Assembly: GCA_951406725.2 (NCBI GenBank)
Contig: OX597829.1
Location: 54,684,001-54,748,000, forward strand
Length of the DNA stretch: 64,000 nt
Reading direction: 5' to 3'
Source: Octopus vulgaris
Taxonomy: Eukaryota
Made by a program: the position numbers and the translations under genes. The notes under the pieces were generated by a model. It worked only from the letters and a program-made list of their open reading frames with translations, made no database searches and had not been told where the DNA came from. Shown piece after piece: positions 12,700 through 26,000 of the stretch; the first letter of the stretch is position 1; each line of letters opens with the position of its first letter.

Positions 12700-14240
12700 A
12701 ATAACCCTGAAATATATCAGTAACTGATGAAAATCATCCAGCAGTAATGGTTCTGGTAATACTAGATGTGCATTTCTGTTTCTTTGGACTCTGCCAGTAG
12801 CATGTACTCACTGCAACCACACGCCAAAACAAAATCCATTGTCCCTGATATAGAAAGACAGTAATTGTAAGAACACATACCACAGTTAATTTGGCTTTCC
12901 ATGATGTGTTTGCATTAAGTGTGACACACAGAATGCTTCTTTGAATCAAAATTGCTTCTGTTGAACACAGTGAGTTTATATTCAGCCAACCAGCTAACTT
13001 CAACATCAGTCATTGTTTTGTTCAAAAACATTCCAGCCTTGACTACCCCATCTTTTTGTTTATCTGGTACTACATTGTGTAATTTCATTTTTTAAGCTAG
13101 TAAGGTGAGATTTTGAATGAATTTGGTTGCTATTTCTTGTGGGGTGAAAACTACAATGCAGAAGTCAGACACAGGCCATAGAGAAGCACTGCATTGTTAT
13201 ACTGAAGTGTCTCACAGTTGTGTACAATTAGTGCTTGTCAAGAAAAGTATCATGTTTTTGGAAGTGAAGATGATTATAAGTAACAGCAAGGAGGTTGTCA
13301 ATATGCTGAGGGAAAAATGTGGGATGCATCAGAGTTGAAAGAATGGTTTCTAAGTTGGAGAACCACATTAGTAGTGCTTGTTGTAAAGAGGCAATTGATC
13401 AGGAAACTTTTAATCCAAAAGATAGGAAATAAATGGAGCCTTACAAGGGATTTTCATGCAAGATATGGTCAAAGGATTTGCTAATGATGTCAAAGGGTAC
13501 CACAATTGTTGAAACTCTCAGAGGTTGAGGTTGATTGATGCATGATATATGAATGTAAACCTTCAGTAGGGATGGCTCTATAGAAAGCATACTTGTGTTT
13601 AATGAGAAAGGAAAGAGACCGAAGTTGAGAATAGCCATTTGCAACTTTTTCATCATCTTTGAGATATTGGGATTCAGTGTGATTGTACAATAATTGGTAA
13701 GGACGGGAAGCTTATCTTTCATGAGAATGGATGGAACACACTACTGTGTATTCATATAGATTAGGATAGATCTTCAAGAGAGACAGACAGACAGACAGAG
13801 ACTGAGTCAGAGAAAAGGAGAGAGAGGAGGAATTGGCAACTGTTTGAGGGACGCCATTGAGATTTGCAGTCTAGTTGAAGTGATCAAAATTTGTCTTTAT
13901 GATTTTCACCTTGAACATATGTGATTGTGAGATATAAAGCAGAGAAGAAAATACATATGAAGTAGGAATCATATGTACCAAATAAGGTAATTTCATCAGT
14001 AGAAGTACTACTTGGAGAACTATTTTGGTTGCAGAGCAGTTGATAAGATTGTAAAAGCATAAGAGCTGGTCATAATCTGGGTTGGAAAGCAGCATGTGAT
14101 ATAATGCACAATATGTGGATAGGAAACCGGATGTTTTAGAATTGATTAGATGGGTTATTGATGTTTTGGTTGGTTGGATTAGGCTGCATGTTGTACCTGT
14201 GTCAAAACCAAGTCTATTTGAAGTTTTCAAAGAAACCATT
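12700..14240 (-). mobile_element. Degenerate CR1/L2-like LINE (APE endonuclease and RT remnants)
   Basis: Minus-strand NYCTITLNPNISKMMKK (cf. NYRPISL..ISKVME), FDIISKSFDHILHE (cf. LDISKAFDRVWH) and HIDNLLA remnants. Confidence 0.6.
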
Positions 14241-15754
14241 TATTTATACATAAACATTACAATGATTATAACAATTACTAGCCAGAGGCTGTATTACTGA
14301 TTGCCAGTAATGAGAGACAGGCATGAAAGGACAGATATATCTTTGTGTTGCGAGAAGTGAGAAAACTCGTGTGGTTCTTTGTAGATGAATGTTTCCTTTT
14401 AACCTGGAGTTGAGCTGCAACCAAGAAACCTGTCTTTTCATGGACCTCTGATATCTTTGGCTTTGTCTTTGCCTCTCACAGACTGATTGTGGTGCACATC
14501 TAAATTTATAGCCATATTTTGGCAAGGACATCATGGAAAATTCATCATTGTATGATTGCAGCCGAAATACTATTAATCTGAATCAAAGAAAAATTGCCTG
14601 ATATGTTCTGGCCTATTTCTCATTGACGCAGTTTCAAATCTCAGTTTTGCCACAATGTAATTTCAGGTCTTCTTTAAAGCATGAAATTTGTAAGTAAAGA
14701 AATGGTTTCATGAATTTAAGTTCATCTAAGTTAATTCATCATCTGGTTTAACATCACCTCCTTGCAGGGCCTCCAAGAGAAATTTGGCAAGGCAGAGCAA
14801 GACTGTTTTCGAAGTCCCAGAAGTAGGGGAGTGGAGTAAATGTTTTTGAAAATCAACTGAACAGTATTTCTTATCTTTAAGGAAGGATAATCTCTGGCTT
14901 TCATTTTGTTCTTGGGACCTGAACCGATGTAGTACCGACTGAACGACACCACTTTAAGGTCCAACCTCCAGATCATTGAGTATTTGAGTCAGGTATCCGT
15001 TATGAGGACAACTTTCTCTTTTCACATCAATGCCAAAGGCTTTAAAAAGAGTCAGAGATGCTGCCTTTTTTCATTTAACTCATTATATAAAAATTTATTA
15101 ATCACGATGAAAGATTAACACTGTTCACATAAATGTTATTAAATATTTCATTTTCCTTCTACTAGACACAAATTCCACAAATATGTCAACCGCAGTTTTC
15201 ATTGTGGCAATAACAGCGAATATAAACATGACTTTAAAATTATTCACGGCAGTTCATAAGAAACAACAATCGAGACATTAAAGGATTCCACCAAAAAACA
15301 TGTTAAACTGGAATTATTTTGAATATCTTTCCAAAGATTATTAAAAGCTTGTATCGAAATAATTTATTTCCTACTCGCTGTTGACATTAAACACTTTAAA
15401 AATCACACGACTACTTGGAGAAGTCTTGATTTTGATGGAATATTCAAAGAATCTACGTGAAATCAGAGCTAATAAAGCACAATTTGCTTATTTTGATTAA
15501 GACAGCAGTCTGACACCATCACTTCTAACCATTAAAGTGATTTATAGAGAAGATAGCATGGCGGAACGATATCAGTGTATTTATTACTTCAACACAACCA
15601 TGAAGCAAAGAGAATTTCGTAAATAAATCAACAGATAATAGAAAGACAGGCACAAAACATCATTTTATATAATTCTTAAATATGTACAAAAGAAATGTAT
15701 GAAAAGAAAGATTAAATTATATTTCCGTTAAATTATTCACAGTAACTATTTTTT

Positions 15755-15865
15755 CTCGGCGTGTAAATAGTCCCGAGTCCATCGTGTCAGGTCATATCTG
15801 CCGGAGACGGAACTTCCTTGCGGCTGCGGCGGAGGCGACTCGTCATTAAAGAATCATCGAAAAAC
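15755..15865 (+). promoter_or_regulatory. CpG-rich core promoter/5' UTR of DDOST
   Basis: Short GC- and CpG-rich patch (GCCGGAGACGGAACTTCCTTGCGGCTGCGGCGGAGGCG) in an otherwise CpG-poor window, directly upstream of exon 1; contains an ETS-like ACTTCC/GGAA motif. Confidence 0.6.
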
Positions 15866-15928
15866 ATGGTTTTTTGTCCAGCAGAAACAATAACGTGGTC
15901 GCATAGGTGCAAAAACACGAAAAAAAAT

Positions 15929-16085
15929 ATGTTTTCATCTATTATACTCACTTCTTTTGTATTTTTCTTATGCATGACGCTTTCTTTACAACAAAATTCT
16001 GGCTTCGGCGGTCGAAGAACCTTGGTTTTGGTGGACAGTTGGTCTTTGAGAGAAACACATTCGATCTTCTTCAAAATGTTGCGTG
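15929..16085 (+). CDS. DDOST: DDOST exon 1 (signal peptide; alternative in-frame ATG at 15866)
   Basis: [52 protein letters not shown]; phase-1 donor G|GTGAGT at 16086. Confidence 0.93.
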
Positions 16086-17026
16086 GTGAGTATTTATACA
16101 CACAACTATTTATATTTCTACATACACAGGACACATGCACACACATAAATATATATACATCAAAGTGCATTATGTTTATATATACTTCGCCGAGGTCTAC
16201 TTTGCCTTTCATTCTTTCGGGGTCGATAAATTAAGTACCAGTTACACACTGGGGTCGATATAATCGACTTAATCCCTTTGTCTGTCCTTGTTTGTCCCCT
16301 CTGTGTTTAACCCCTTGTGGGTAGTAAAGAAATATATATACTTATGTATATATGTATGCAAGGTTGGCATTTTACGCTGATAAATTGGTCAAGAAATGAC
16401 CGAATATTTAATGTTTTATGTTTCCATTCATGGCCCGTAATTAATTCAGGTTTCATTAAATGATTTTATCATTTATTTAATTACAGAAAGATTTTAAAAT
16501 GATATAATTGAGCGAGTGTACGGTCCCCGGTCGTGCAGAGATGTACACGTGTAATTAGGCAAGGCAGCAGCACCCTCCCCCTCGTCCAATAAACACACAA
16601 ACGTGTATATATCTGTATACACACACTCAAATATATATTTATATTTATGTGTATATACATATATGTGTGTGTGTATGCATGTGTTTACATCGTTATTATA
16701 CAAGGAAGCCTCGGATCTATAAAAATATGCTAAATCTCCCAAATTATATCATAGCGTCTTAATTAGGAATTAATAGTTGTAAGATTATCGTAACTCTAAA
16801 GAAAAGACGAGAGGATCACGGTTGGGTTGTTTTTGATAAGCCTACTCGCTCACAATCGTTAATTAGGGTTAAAAAGCAATTGTTTACTAGCAGTTATATT
16901 GTTTAATACTATTTAAACATAAGATTTTGTATATTCATATATATACATACGTATATATATATATATATATATATACATATGTATATATATGTATATGTTT
17001 ATGTATATATATATATACATACATAC

Positions 17027-17075
<49 letters not shown>

Positions 17076-20000
17076 CATATGTATGTGTATATATATATAT
17101 ATATACATACATATGTATATATATATAGATAGATATATCATGAAATTAGATCACATATTTGTTTAGAATACATAATCTTTTGTTGTGTTAAAAGAAGACT
17201 TTCCAATATATGCTTTAGTTACTCTGTTAAATGCCGTATATTTAATCTTGATTATAAAATTGTGTTTAATTTGAGGCGAGAAGCAGTGCTTGGTTCGTCT
17301 ACAAAGGCTGACGTGTCTCAATCAGCAACTACCTTCGTGTGGAGAGTACATAGTTTGGGGGTTGCTAACCAGAACAGGTTTCTGCTGCAGTCCAGAGATT
17401 CTCGAGGAATATTTGTTGTTACTCTTAAGTTTGAATTTTTAATTCATAACAAAGAAAAAACGGCTTCTTTGTGGCTTAACGATAATTTGTGTTGGGATTT
17501 GTTGCATTAGTTTTAATCCTCTGAAATTAACAACGTTGATAAATCTCTTAATGATACATTAGACATGTACTTTCGGTAGTAGCAGCAGACTTTACAAACG
17601 AGACATTGATACCGTTGAATTTCTCATCCGAACATTTACACGTCATTATCATCATCATCATCATCATTTCCTGTCTGCTTTCCAACTAGTATTTAGAATG
17701 GTTCGACAACATGGAATTATGTCGGAGAACCTTATCTTCCAACATCTCATTTTTGGCCTGGTTCTTCAACTGGATGCCTTTCCTAACACCAAACACGTTA
17801 GCGACTGTACTGTGTACGTTTTGTAGCGCCATGACTGTCAGGGGAGCCATCGCAGCTTGGTGTGCAAAAGAGAGCATCCCACGATAGAAAGAACAGATTT
17901 ATTGTGAGGGGATAGTAATATACACAAATTGCTTTTGCTCATGAATTAGCTAATTAGGTGATGATCTAACTCTGCACTCATCAGATTTGCTGGTGTGGAA
18001 GCCATGGTGACGGCTTTCTGCTACTACGGATCAGCAAGTACTATTACATCTGGTTTGTGGGTGCTGTGAATTTCTTTTCCGTGGATCTAAGCCCAAAGTA
18101 TTTGGACTTTGCAAGTGATTTTGCAAAGAAAAAGCTTGCCATCTCGAACATCTGACCAAGTCAGTCATCTGTTCTACCAGCATTTTCCTGTGGGGCTCAT
18201 TAGATAGAGTTTGGATACAATAGAGAGATATACAATATGGATATTGTATATGAAGATACTGCTGTAGATGATTCACTTCAACCTAGCAAAACAACCTGCA
18301 GAATTAAAGCACATCGGTCTTAGATGCAGGAAAGAGATTCTTAGATGTTTAATATAAGGTACAGGCGTGGGTATGTGGTTAAGAAGTTTGCTTCACTACC
18401 TCATGGTTTTTGGTTCAATCCCATTGTATGGCACCTTAGGCAAGTGTCTTCTACTATAGCTCCAGGTTGACCAAAGCCTTGTGAGTGGATTTGGTAGATG
18501 GAAGCTCAAAGAAGCCCATTGTATATGTTTGTACATGTGTATGTTACTGACTCCTTGCTTTGATATCATGTGGTAGTTGTAAGCAGTCTTCTGTGAAAAA
18601 GTATCTGGTTATGAGGAAAAATTGCCTCACTTAGAAGCAAGTGAGGCTCTGTGACAGGAAAAGCATCCAGCTGTAGAAAATTCATCTCAACAAATCTTGT
18701 TCAACACATGTGAGCATGGAAAAGTAGACAGTAACACAATGATGATGATGCATACTTATATATGTGCACACATCACTCATACAAACATTCATGCACACAC
18801 AATATTGTATATATATAAAATGGGTTTGTGAATATATGTATGCAGCCTACCCAAAAAGGTTAACTCTCTTTTCCACCCCTGTCAACTGTGGCATCCCTCT
18901 TCCTTCCCCAACTGACCATTTTCCACCCCTGTATCCCTCACTTCCTCCATCCACCCTTCAACCTTATCTAATCATTACAGATGTTGCCTATCTCCCTTCT
19001 CCCCCAGGTCTTGCACTCCTACACATTCTTACAACCCTCTACTCACACACACTCCTTGCTTTTCTGTTCCCATTCACTACTATTCACCGCATCATCTTGA
19101 GATACTACCTGGATACTTCATTGCCACAATTTATCTCTTTGGAGACACTACTAGCTCATTCTCAACTATACCTTAAATGTGAGTAGCCATGTAACTCCTT
19201 TGCCACAACAACCTGTTCTACCTGAACCCCTTCTCTCAAACCTTAATCCCCTCACTAGCTAGTGATCTTAGGCTAGCCCTGTTGCAATGTCTGAAAGAAT
19301 AATTTTGAGACTTGTATCAGAATTTGAATAGACAACTCTGGAAGAAAAATTAACATCAACAGTAAATTTGTAGACTGTATCCTTATCTAACAGTTCGTAA
19401 GAGAGCAGTTATGACTATTACTGAAATGGCTGTTGTTAGTGAAAGCATTTTCACTAGTTTCATTTAGCTTGTGAGTATTAGAAGAAGAAATTAGAAGTAA
19501 TCAAATAAGGAATTTTTACTGTGTTTTTGTTGATTTTGTAGTATTTATGACTTGGAGCAAAATGTTTTTTAAGACGGGACTAGATTTTCTTAATAGAATA
19601 GTTGCATCTGTTTTGTTTTAAATATGTTTTTTTGTATTGTGTTTTTATTGTATATGGTGTGGGTTCTATATTATAATAGCTCTGTGGAGCTTTTATAATA
19701 TAGTGCAGTTTCTGTAAAGCATATTTACTTGATGTAACACTCAATCTTTTTAACTCTTTCTACTACCCCTACCATGAACCAAATGAATTTTTGCAATGCA
19801 TCCATGTTCACTCAATCACCCTAGTAACATTATCAACCACCTTGTACTAGAAAATCTTTCAAAGACTTTTGTACCTTGGTATTAGGAAGGGCATCCAGCC
19901 GAAGAAAACCTGCCAAATCAGACTGGAGCCTGGTACAGCTCTCCAGCTTATCAGTTCTAGTCAAACCATCTAACCCATGCCAGCATGGAAAGCAGACACC

Positions 20001-23000
20001 AAATAATGATGATATATATACACTGTTATATATTATCCCCAAACTGGTTATTTTGTAGGAATTTTTTAGCTGTACTATTTTATAGCTTATCTAGTTTTTA
20101 TGTGTATATATTTGTGTATACTCTTGTATGTGTATGGGTCTTATGTAGATTGTATATGGTGATATGCATGTATAAAAGTTGTGTGTGTATGTGTATATAT
20201 ATATAATTAAGTGTAGACATGGCTGTGTGGTAAAAAGCTTGCTTCCCAAACAATGGTTCCAAGTTCAGTCCCACTGCATAGCACCTTGGGCAAGTGTCTT
20301 CTACTAGATCCCTGGGCAGACCAATATATATCTGTGTGTTTATACATACAAGTATGCACACACATGTATAGATAAGTATATATAAATGTATGCATATGTA
20401 TTAGTAGATATGTGTGTCCGCAAAACATCTTGCCAACACCTCCACTTGGGTTCACCACTTTCTGTATTTCTCTCCCTGCCTCCGCATAATGTGTCCATGT
20501 CAAAATCTCTTCCCCTCCCTCTATCTGCACTTACTACACCTCTTCTCCTCTTCTCCATCACTCATGAACTTACCCACTCACTCACCCTTTGCAATCCTTG
20601 TTTCCATTCCATGTGTATCACTCTCCCTCCCCATCATGTCTTCACTGTTTTCTCTCTAACTGAGGTAGCCATGTACATCCTTTCCTGCAGGACACCTATT
20701 TCTCTCTATTTACACTCAGTCATCTCACCACCAGGTACAAAGCCACCTCCCTCTGTCCTATTCCTCCCCATTGTTGAGGGAGTCGTGTCTTGCAAGTTAC
20801 TTGGTGGACCCCACTTCTGCTGCTGCTGGTGCCACATAAAAATCACCCTTTGTACACTCTGTAAAGTGGTTGGCATTAGGGAGCACATCCAGCTGTAGAG
20901 ATCATGCCAAAACACACAATAGAGCTTGGCACAGCCTTTTCACTTGTCAGCTCCTGTATATTTATTTATATATCATCATCATCATCTGACAGGCAATCTG
21001 CAAGGCTGCATCAACCTTCAGCGGCAGCTTTGACATAATCTCTATGGCTGATGCTGCCCTTCCTAACACCAACCACTTTACAGATCGAACTGGCTGCTAT
21101 TTTTTTTATGTGTCACTGGCACTTGTGAGGTTGCCAGATAACTTGCAAAGATAGCAGAAAAGGAAGGGAAAAGGTAAAAGCACCCGGTATTTTAGAGATA
21201 GGAAGGTGGCCTTATGCCAGATGTTGAAAGGCTAAAAAAGTAAGACCGAGGGACTAGTGTAGGTGTTTTGTTGTAGAGGTGATACAGGGCTAACCTCTTT
21301 TTTTTTTTTATTTATTTATAGATGTGGCTGGGAGTAGTTTAGAAAGAGATAAAAAGAAAGTAGTGATGGAGTGCCAGAGGAAACTCTTCAGGTACAAGAA
21401 GGGTGTTTGGGAGAGTGGGTCATGGGTGGGGAGATTGGATGCTTTCGTAGAATGTGAGGGTGAAGTAACAGACAGGCTGCAGAAGTGAATGTAGTGAGTG
21501 ATAAACAACTACAGGGATGTAGTTAAGGGAAATACTAGTGTTGAGCGGGGGGGTGGGGGTAAGATGAGAGATAGAGAAGTGTTTCGGAAAGAAGGAGGAT
21601 AGATCAAAAAGTAGCAGAATGATGTATATGGTGTAGGAGCAGTGGAGAGGGAAACACAGAGGTTTGTAAGGGAGCTAGAGTAAGTGGGTGTGTGATGGTA
21701 GAGATGAGAAGGTATTGAGAATGATAAACAGACAAGAGTTGCTTAGATTGGAGTATAGCAAAGGGAAGAGAGATCAGTGGCTGAGGGCACAAAAAGGAAG
21801 TGTTGGTATTGGTGGTGATGAGAAATGGAAGTGATTGGAGTGTGGTGACTAGAAAGGGAATGTAGTATTGGCCAGTTTGATTCTCAGGTAATTACAGTGC
21901 CATAGATAGGGGAGTTGTAGGTGTTAGGGGATGAGAATTGGGGGAAGAGCTTGATGGAAGGGGGGTCGTACAAGGATACCAGGTGGTTTTAGGATATAAT
22001 TTGTGCTGTGATAGACCCCGGGTCTTCTCAAGCACAGTAAATCACTAATTATCAAAGTTCTCTGTCATCTCCTCCTTAAAGCTCAGCATCTTGAGATTAG
22101 CTTTCAACACTTTATACATATAGTATGAATATCTGTATGTATACATACACACACACGCGTGCACACAGAGGTTGTCAGGTTAGTTGCAAAACAAAGAATA
22201 TGAGAAAGAAGGCTCCCTCAACTGGTTTGTGGAGGGGAAGGTGGCTAAATAGTATTTATTGAGAGGCAAATTTTTGATAAGACAGGCACAAGAATCATGT
22301 TATAGAAGAGATATGTGGTTACCTCACATCATATGGTAGTGGATGAGAGTAACTAGAATAAAACAAATAAGATAAAGCTGGTGATACTGAGATGTCAGAG
22401 CATACTGTCAAGGTACAAAGAATTGAGACTCTGAACTGAGGATGAAGTGTGACTGGATAAGTTCACAGGTGTGTGAGAGAAGAGAGAGACAGGTGTTTAG
22501 AGTTCAGGGTACAGATTAATGTTGTGAATGACATACAAGGGTGGCAGTATGGTTGTTGATAAATATCAGTGAAAGAATTAGCTCAAGAAGGAAGGGGTGA
22601 TAAGTGGCAGTACTGGAGGAGGAGGAGGAGGAGTGGGGGGGAGGTTTAGGGAGCAGCAGTATTATAAATCTACAGATAGATCAGAAAATAGGAGGAGAGG
22701 GAGAGTAAAAGTTGTATCGGGGACAGAGATTAGCAGTATGGTGGTGGTGGCTGTAGTGAATGGGTTCAAAGGTGACAGTCAGTTGATGGCAGATATGTGA
22801 GGGAGTTGAAAGTTGTGACAAATCTGAGACAGTGTTAAAGAGAGAGTAAGGAGTTGCTTAAAGGAGAGGCAGTGGGAGATACCGAGAGGAACAGAAAGGG
22901 GGTTAACAGTGGGCAAAGTAGGAAGGATTGATATTGAGATTAAGGGTTTGAATGTTAAAGAAATTGGTCCCAAGAGGTAACTAGTAGCACTAAGGGGATA

Positions 23001-26000
23001 AATACGAGCAGGTACCATTGTCATGCGATGATTACATTAGCTGAATAGTGCCATTGTTAGATAGCTTACAGGGACGTAAACACACCAGCATCGGTTGTCA
23101 AGCGATGTTGGGGAACAAACACAGACACACACCCACACATGTGGTTGGTAAGCAAGCTACTTACCACACAGCCACTCCTACGCCTACTCTGCACAAGGTT
23201 ATTAATTTTCCCACAAGATTTGGCATAGAATCTTCATACATTTTCATTAGTTTTCTCAGGAAGTCGTGTTGTGAACTTATCGCCAACCTTACATTTTATA
23301 ATGGCTTTTAACTGTCCTATTGCATGACCTAAATTCGTTAATTTATTTTACAAATATCTCCCAGATCTTCCTTCAAGGTAACAGCAGCAGTATTCAAGCA
23401 GTTTTTGATATTCCAGTATGAGTTTAATAATTGGAAGGATGAGTTTTAGAATGATGAGAGGTGGGAAAAGCTTAACAGAGTGGGTACAGGGTCGGACAAG
23501 GTAACTGTTTAGACATAAACCTAATACTTTTACAATCTCTCTTTTGCCAAGATAGAGAGATCCTATAGACTCATCCTCATTCCTTTGTTGCCTCACTTCG
23601 ACCCATATCTTCCTGGATCCCCTTCTTACATAAGTTATCCCCCTCTTGGATTGGCACTTCTTTATATTACATTCAATGCAGTTGTTCATAGTTATTCTTC
23701 TTCTGCTGATTTTGGAAGAAATGTTCCCACCTGCAGAGCAATTAACCTCCATAACTGCACATGATTTTTCTTTTCTCTCCCTAATAACTATGCCAAGTCT
23801 GTTACATGTACAGTTGATAGAAGTTCTGATGGGAATGTTCCACCTGTATTCTTTGTGCTAATTTCCATGTATTCCATAGAAAAGGTGTTGTTTTTATTTA
23901 TCCAAGGGCAATCTTTCCTGCAGATGGCATTGTGCATTGTTTTAGCAACATTGTGTTGTAGAAGCAGTTAATATCTCAAGGATGATATATTTTTGGACAG
24001 CTACTGATCAAATTTATTATGTCTACTGCAGAAGAGCAGCATAATTGACACTTGAAATTGCATCTTGGGATTTTAAAAGCCTTGCTGTCCTGTTAGTCCA
24101 TGAGAAATCTGTAGCTATCCCTCTCTCACTCTTCCCAACATATTTTGTCAGTGAAAACTTAGCCTTCAAGATGTGATTCTAATGTGGTGGTCATGGATCC
24201 AAAAGAAGCTACACTTCATATTAATATTGTCGTGTTTTTCTAGTTTACTGGAAACACACCAGTGCATAACCTTACTGTGATGCGCAGAGTGTTTCCCTTC
24301 AGGTCTTTGCCAAGATATGTGAGTCCTGCACTGCTGGGTTCATAGCATTGGTGAAAATTTCAGTAATGATTGTATAAGTTTTACAGCTGATGTTGATGCA
24401 GTATTCTCTCAAGTTATTGTGTCTAGCCATGTTGCATTCAGATTAAAGTTTTTACTTTTGTTCCACATCTTAGACAAGAATGATTTTTAGGTCTTCCTGA
24501 AAAGGGGCCCTCAAACCACTGCATACAACCTGTGGGTTAAGAACAAACTTCTGGTCTATCCTGGCTTCTTGTAATACATTTTTTGTTAGCAAAGTTTTTC
24601 ACTCTGCGCAAGGTTATTAATTTTCCCACAAGATTTGGCATAGAATCTTCATACATTTTCATCAGTTTTCTCAGGAAATAGTGTTGTGAACTTATCACCA
24701 ACTTTACATTTTATAACGGCCTTTAACTGTCCTATTGCATGACCTAAATTCGTTAATTTATGTTACAAATATCTTCCAGATCTTCCTTCAAGGTAACAGC
24801 AACAGTATTCAAGCAGTTTTTGATATTCCAGTATGAGTTTAATAATTTTCCAGGAGCTTTGTAAATACCTTTTATTATGTGAGGGGTTGGTTTTTCCCCC
24901 CCACTCTATCAACATAGGACTTTTGCTTAAAGATAGCTTACAGAAGCCGGTGAAATTGATTACAAACTATAGGCGCAGAAGTGGCTGTGTGGTAAGTAGC
25001 TTGCTTACCAACCACATGGTTCTGGGTTCAGTCCCACTGCATGGCACCTTGGGCAAGTGTCTTCTACTATAGCCTTGGGCCGACCAAAGCCTTGTGAGTG
25101 GATTTGGTAGATGGAAACTGAAAGAAGCCCGTTGTATATATGTGTGGGTGTGTGTCTGTGTTTGTTCCCCCAACATCGCTTGATAACCGATGCTGGTGTG
25201 TTTATGTCCCAGTAACTTAGCGGTTCGGCAAAAGGGACTGATAGAATAAGTCCTGGGGGCGATTTGCTCGACTAAAGGTAGTGCTCCAGCATGGCCACAG
25301 TCAACTGACTGAAACAAGTAAAAGAGTTAAACTGTAGCTACAAAATGTTTTTCAGCCCGTATATTCTGCAGTCATCTCTGTCAGGTCAGTATGCAGAGAA
25401 AGGCTAGTCCAAGTGCTGTGTGATGGTGGCATTGGAGGTGTAGGCCCCTCCCCTCACTAAAGCAGTTACTATGTTTATCTTGAACATTGTGTTAAATCAT
25501 CATCATCACCATCATTTATTGTCTGTGCTGGCATGGGTTGTACAGCTTGAGGGGAGCTGGTAAGCCAGAAAGCTACACCAGGCTCCAATTGTCATCTTTG
25601 GGATGGTTTCTACATCTGGATGCCCTTCCTAATGCCAACCACTTTACAGAATGTACTGACTGCATTTTACACGGCACCAGCAGGGGATACTGTATACAGG
25701 GTACCAGCCCAGGTGCCTTTTACATGGCACTGGCAGAAGGCTTTTTATGTGGCACCTGCACAGGTGCTTAAGAAAGTCAGTTCTTCTGGAAATGAAAATT
25801 AAAAGAAATTGAAAGAAACTGTAAAGCAATTTAATATAAACAAAGCAATTTAATAAAACAACTGAAAGAAATTATAGATAAATTGAAACCAATTTAACCA
25901 CAGAAATTTTAACTACGCCTGTGTGGTAAGTAGCTTGCTAACCAAACACATGGTTCCAGGTTCAGTCCTACTGCGTGGCATCTTGGGCAAGTGTCTTCTG

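Noticed and set aside
11000-15700. Divergent gene sharing the DDOST promoter
   Set aside because: No phase-consistent minus-strand exon chain found; the region is mostly LINE relics
15787-16212. 141-aa minus-strand ORF
   Set aside because: Antisense shadow of DDOST exon 1 that starts inside a SINE
23187-24847. LTR retrotransposon (paired direct repeats)
   Set aside because: No TG..CA termini, PBS, PPT or TSD, and the interior resembles a non-LTR element
24972-25045. tRNA genes at A-box/B-box sequences
   Set aside because: No intact cloverleaf or T-run terminator; each continues into a SINE body and is multi-copy
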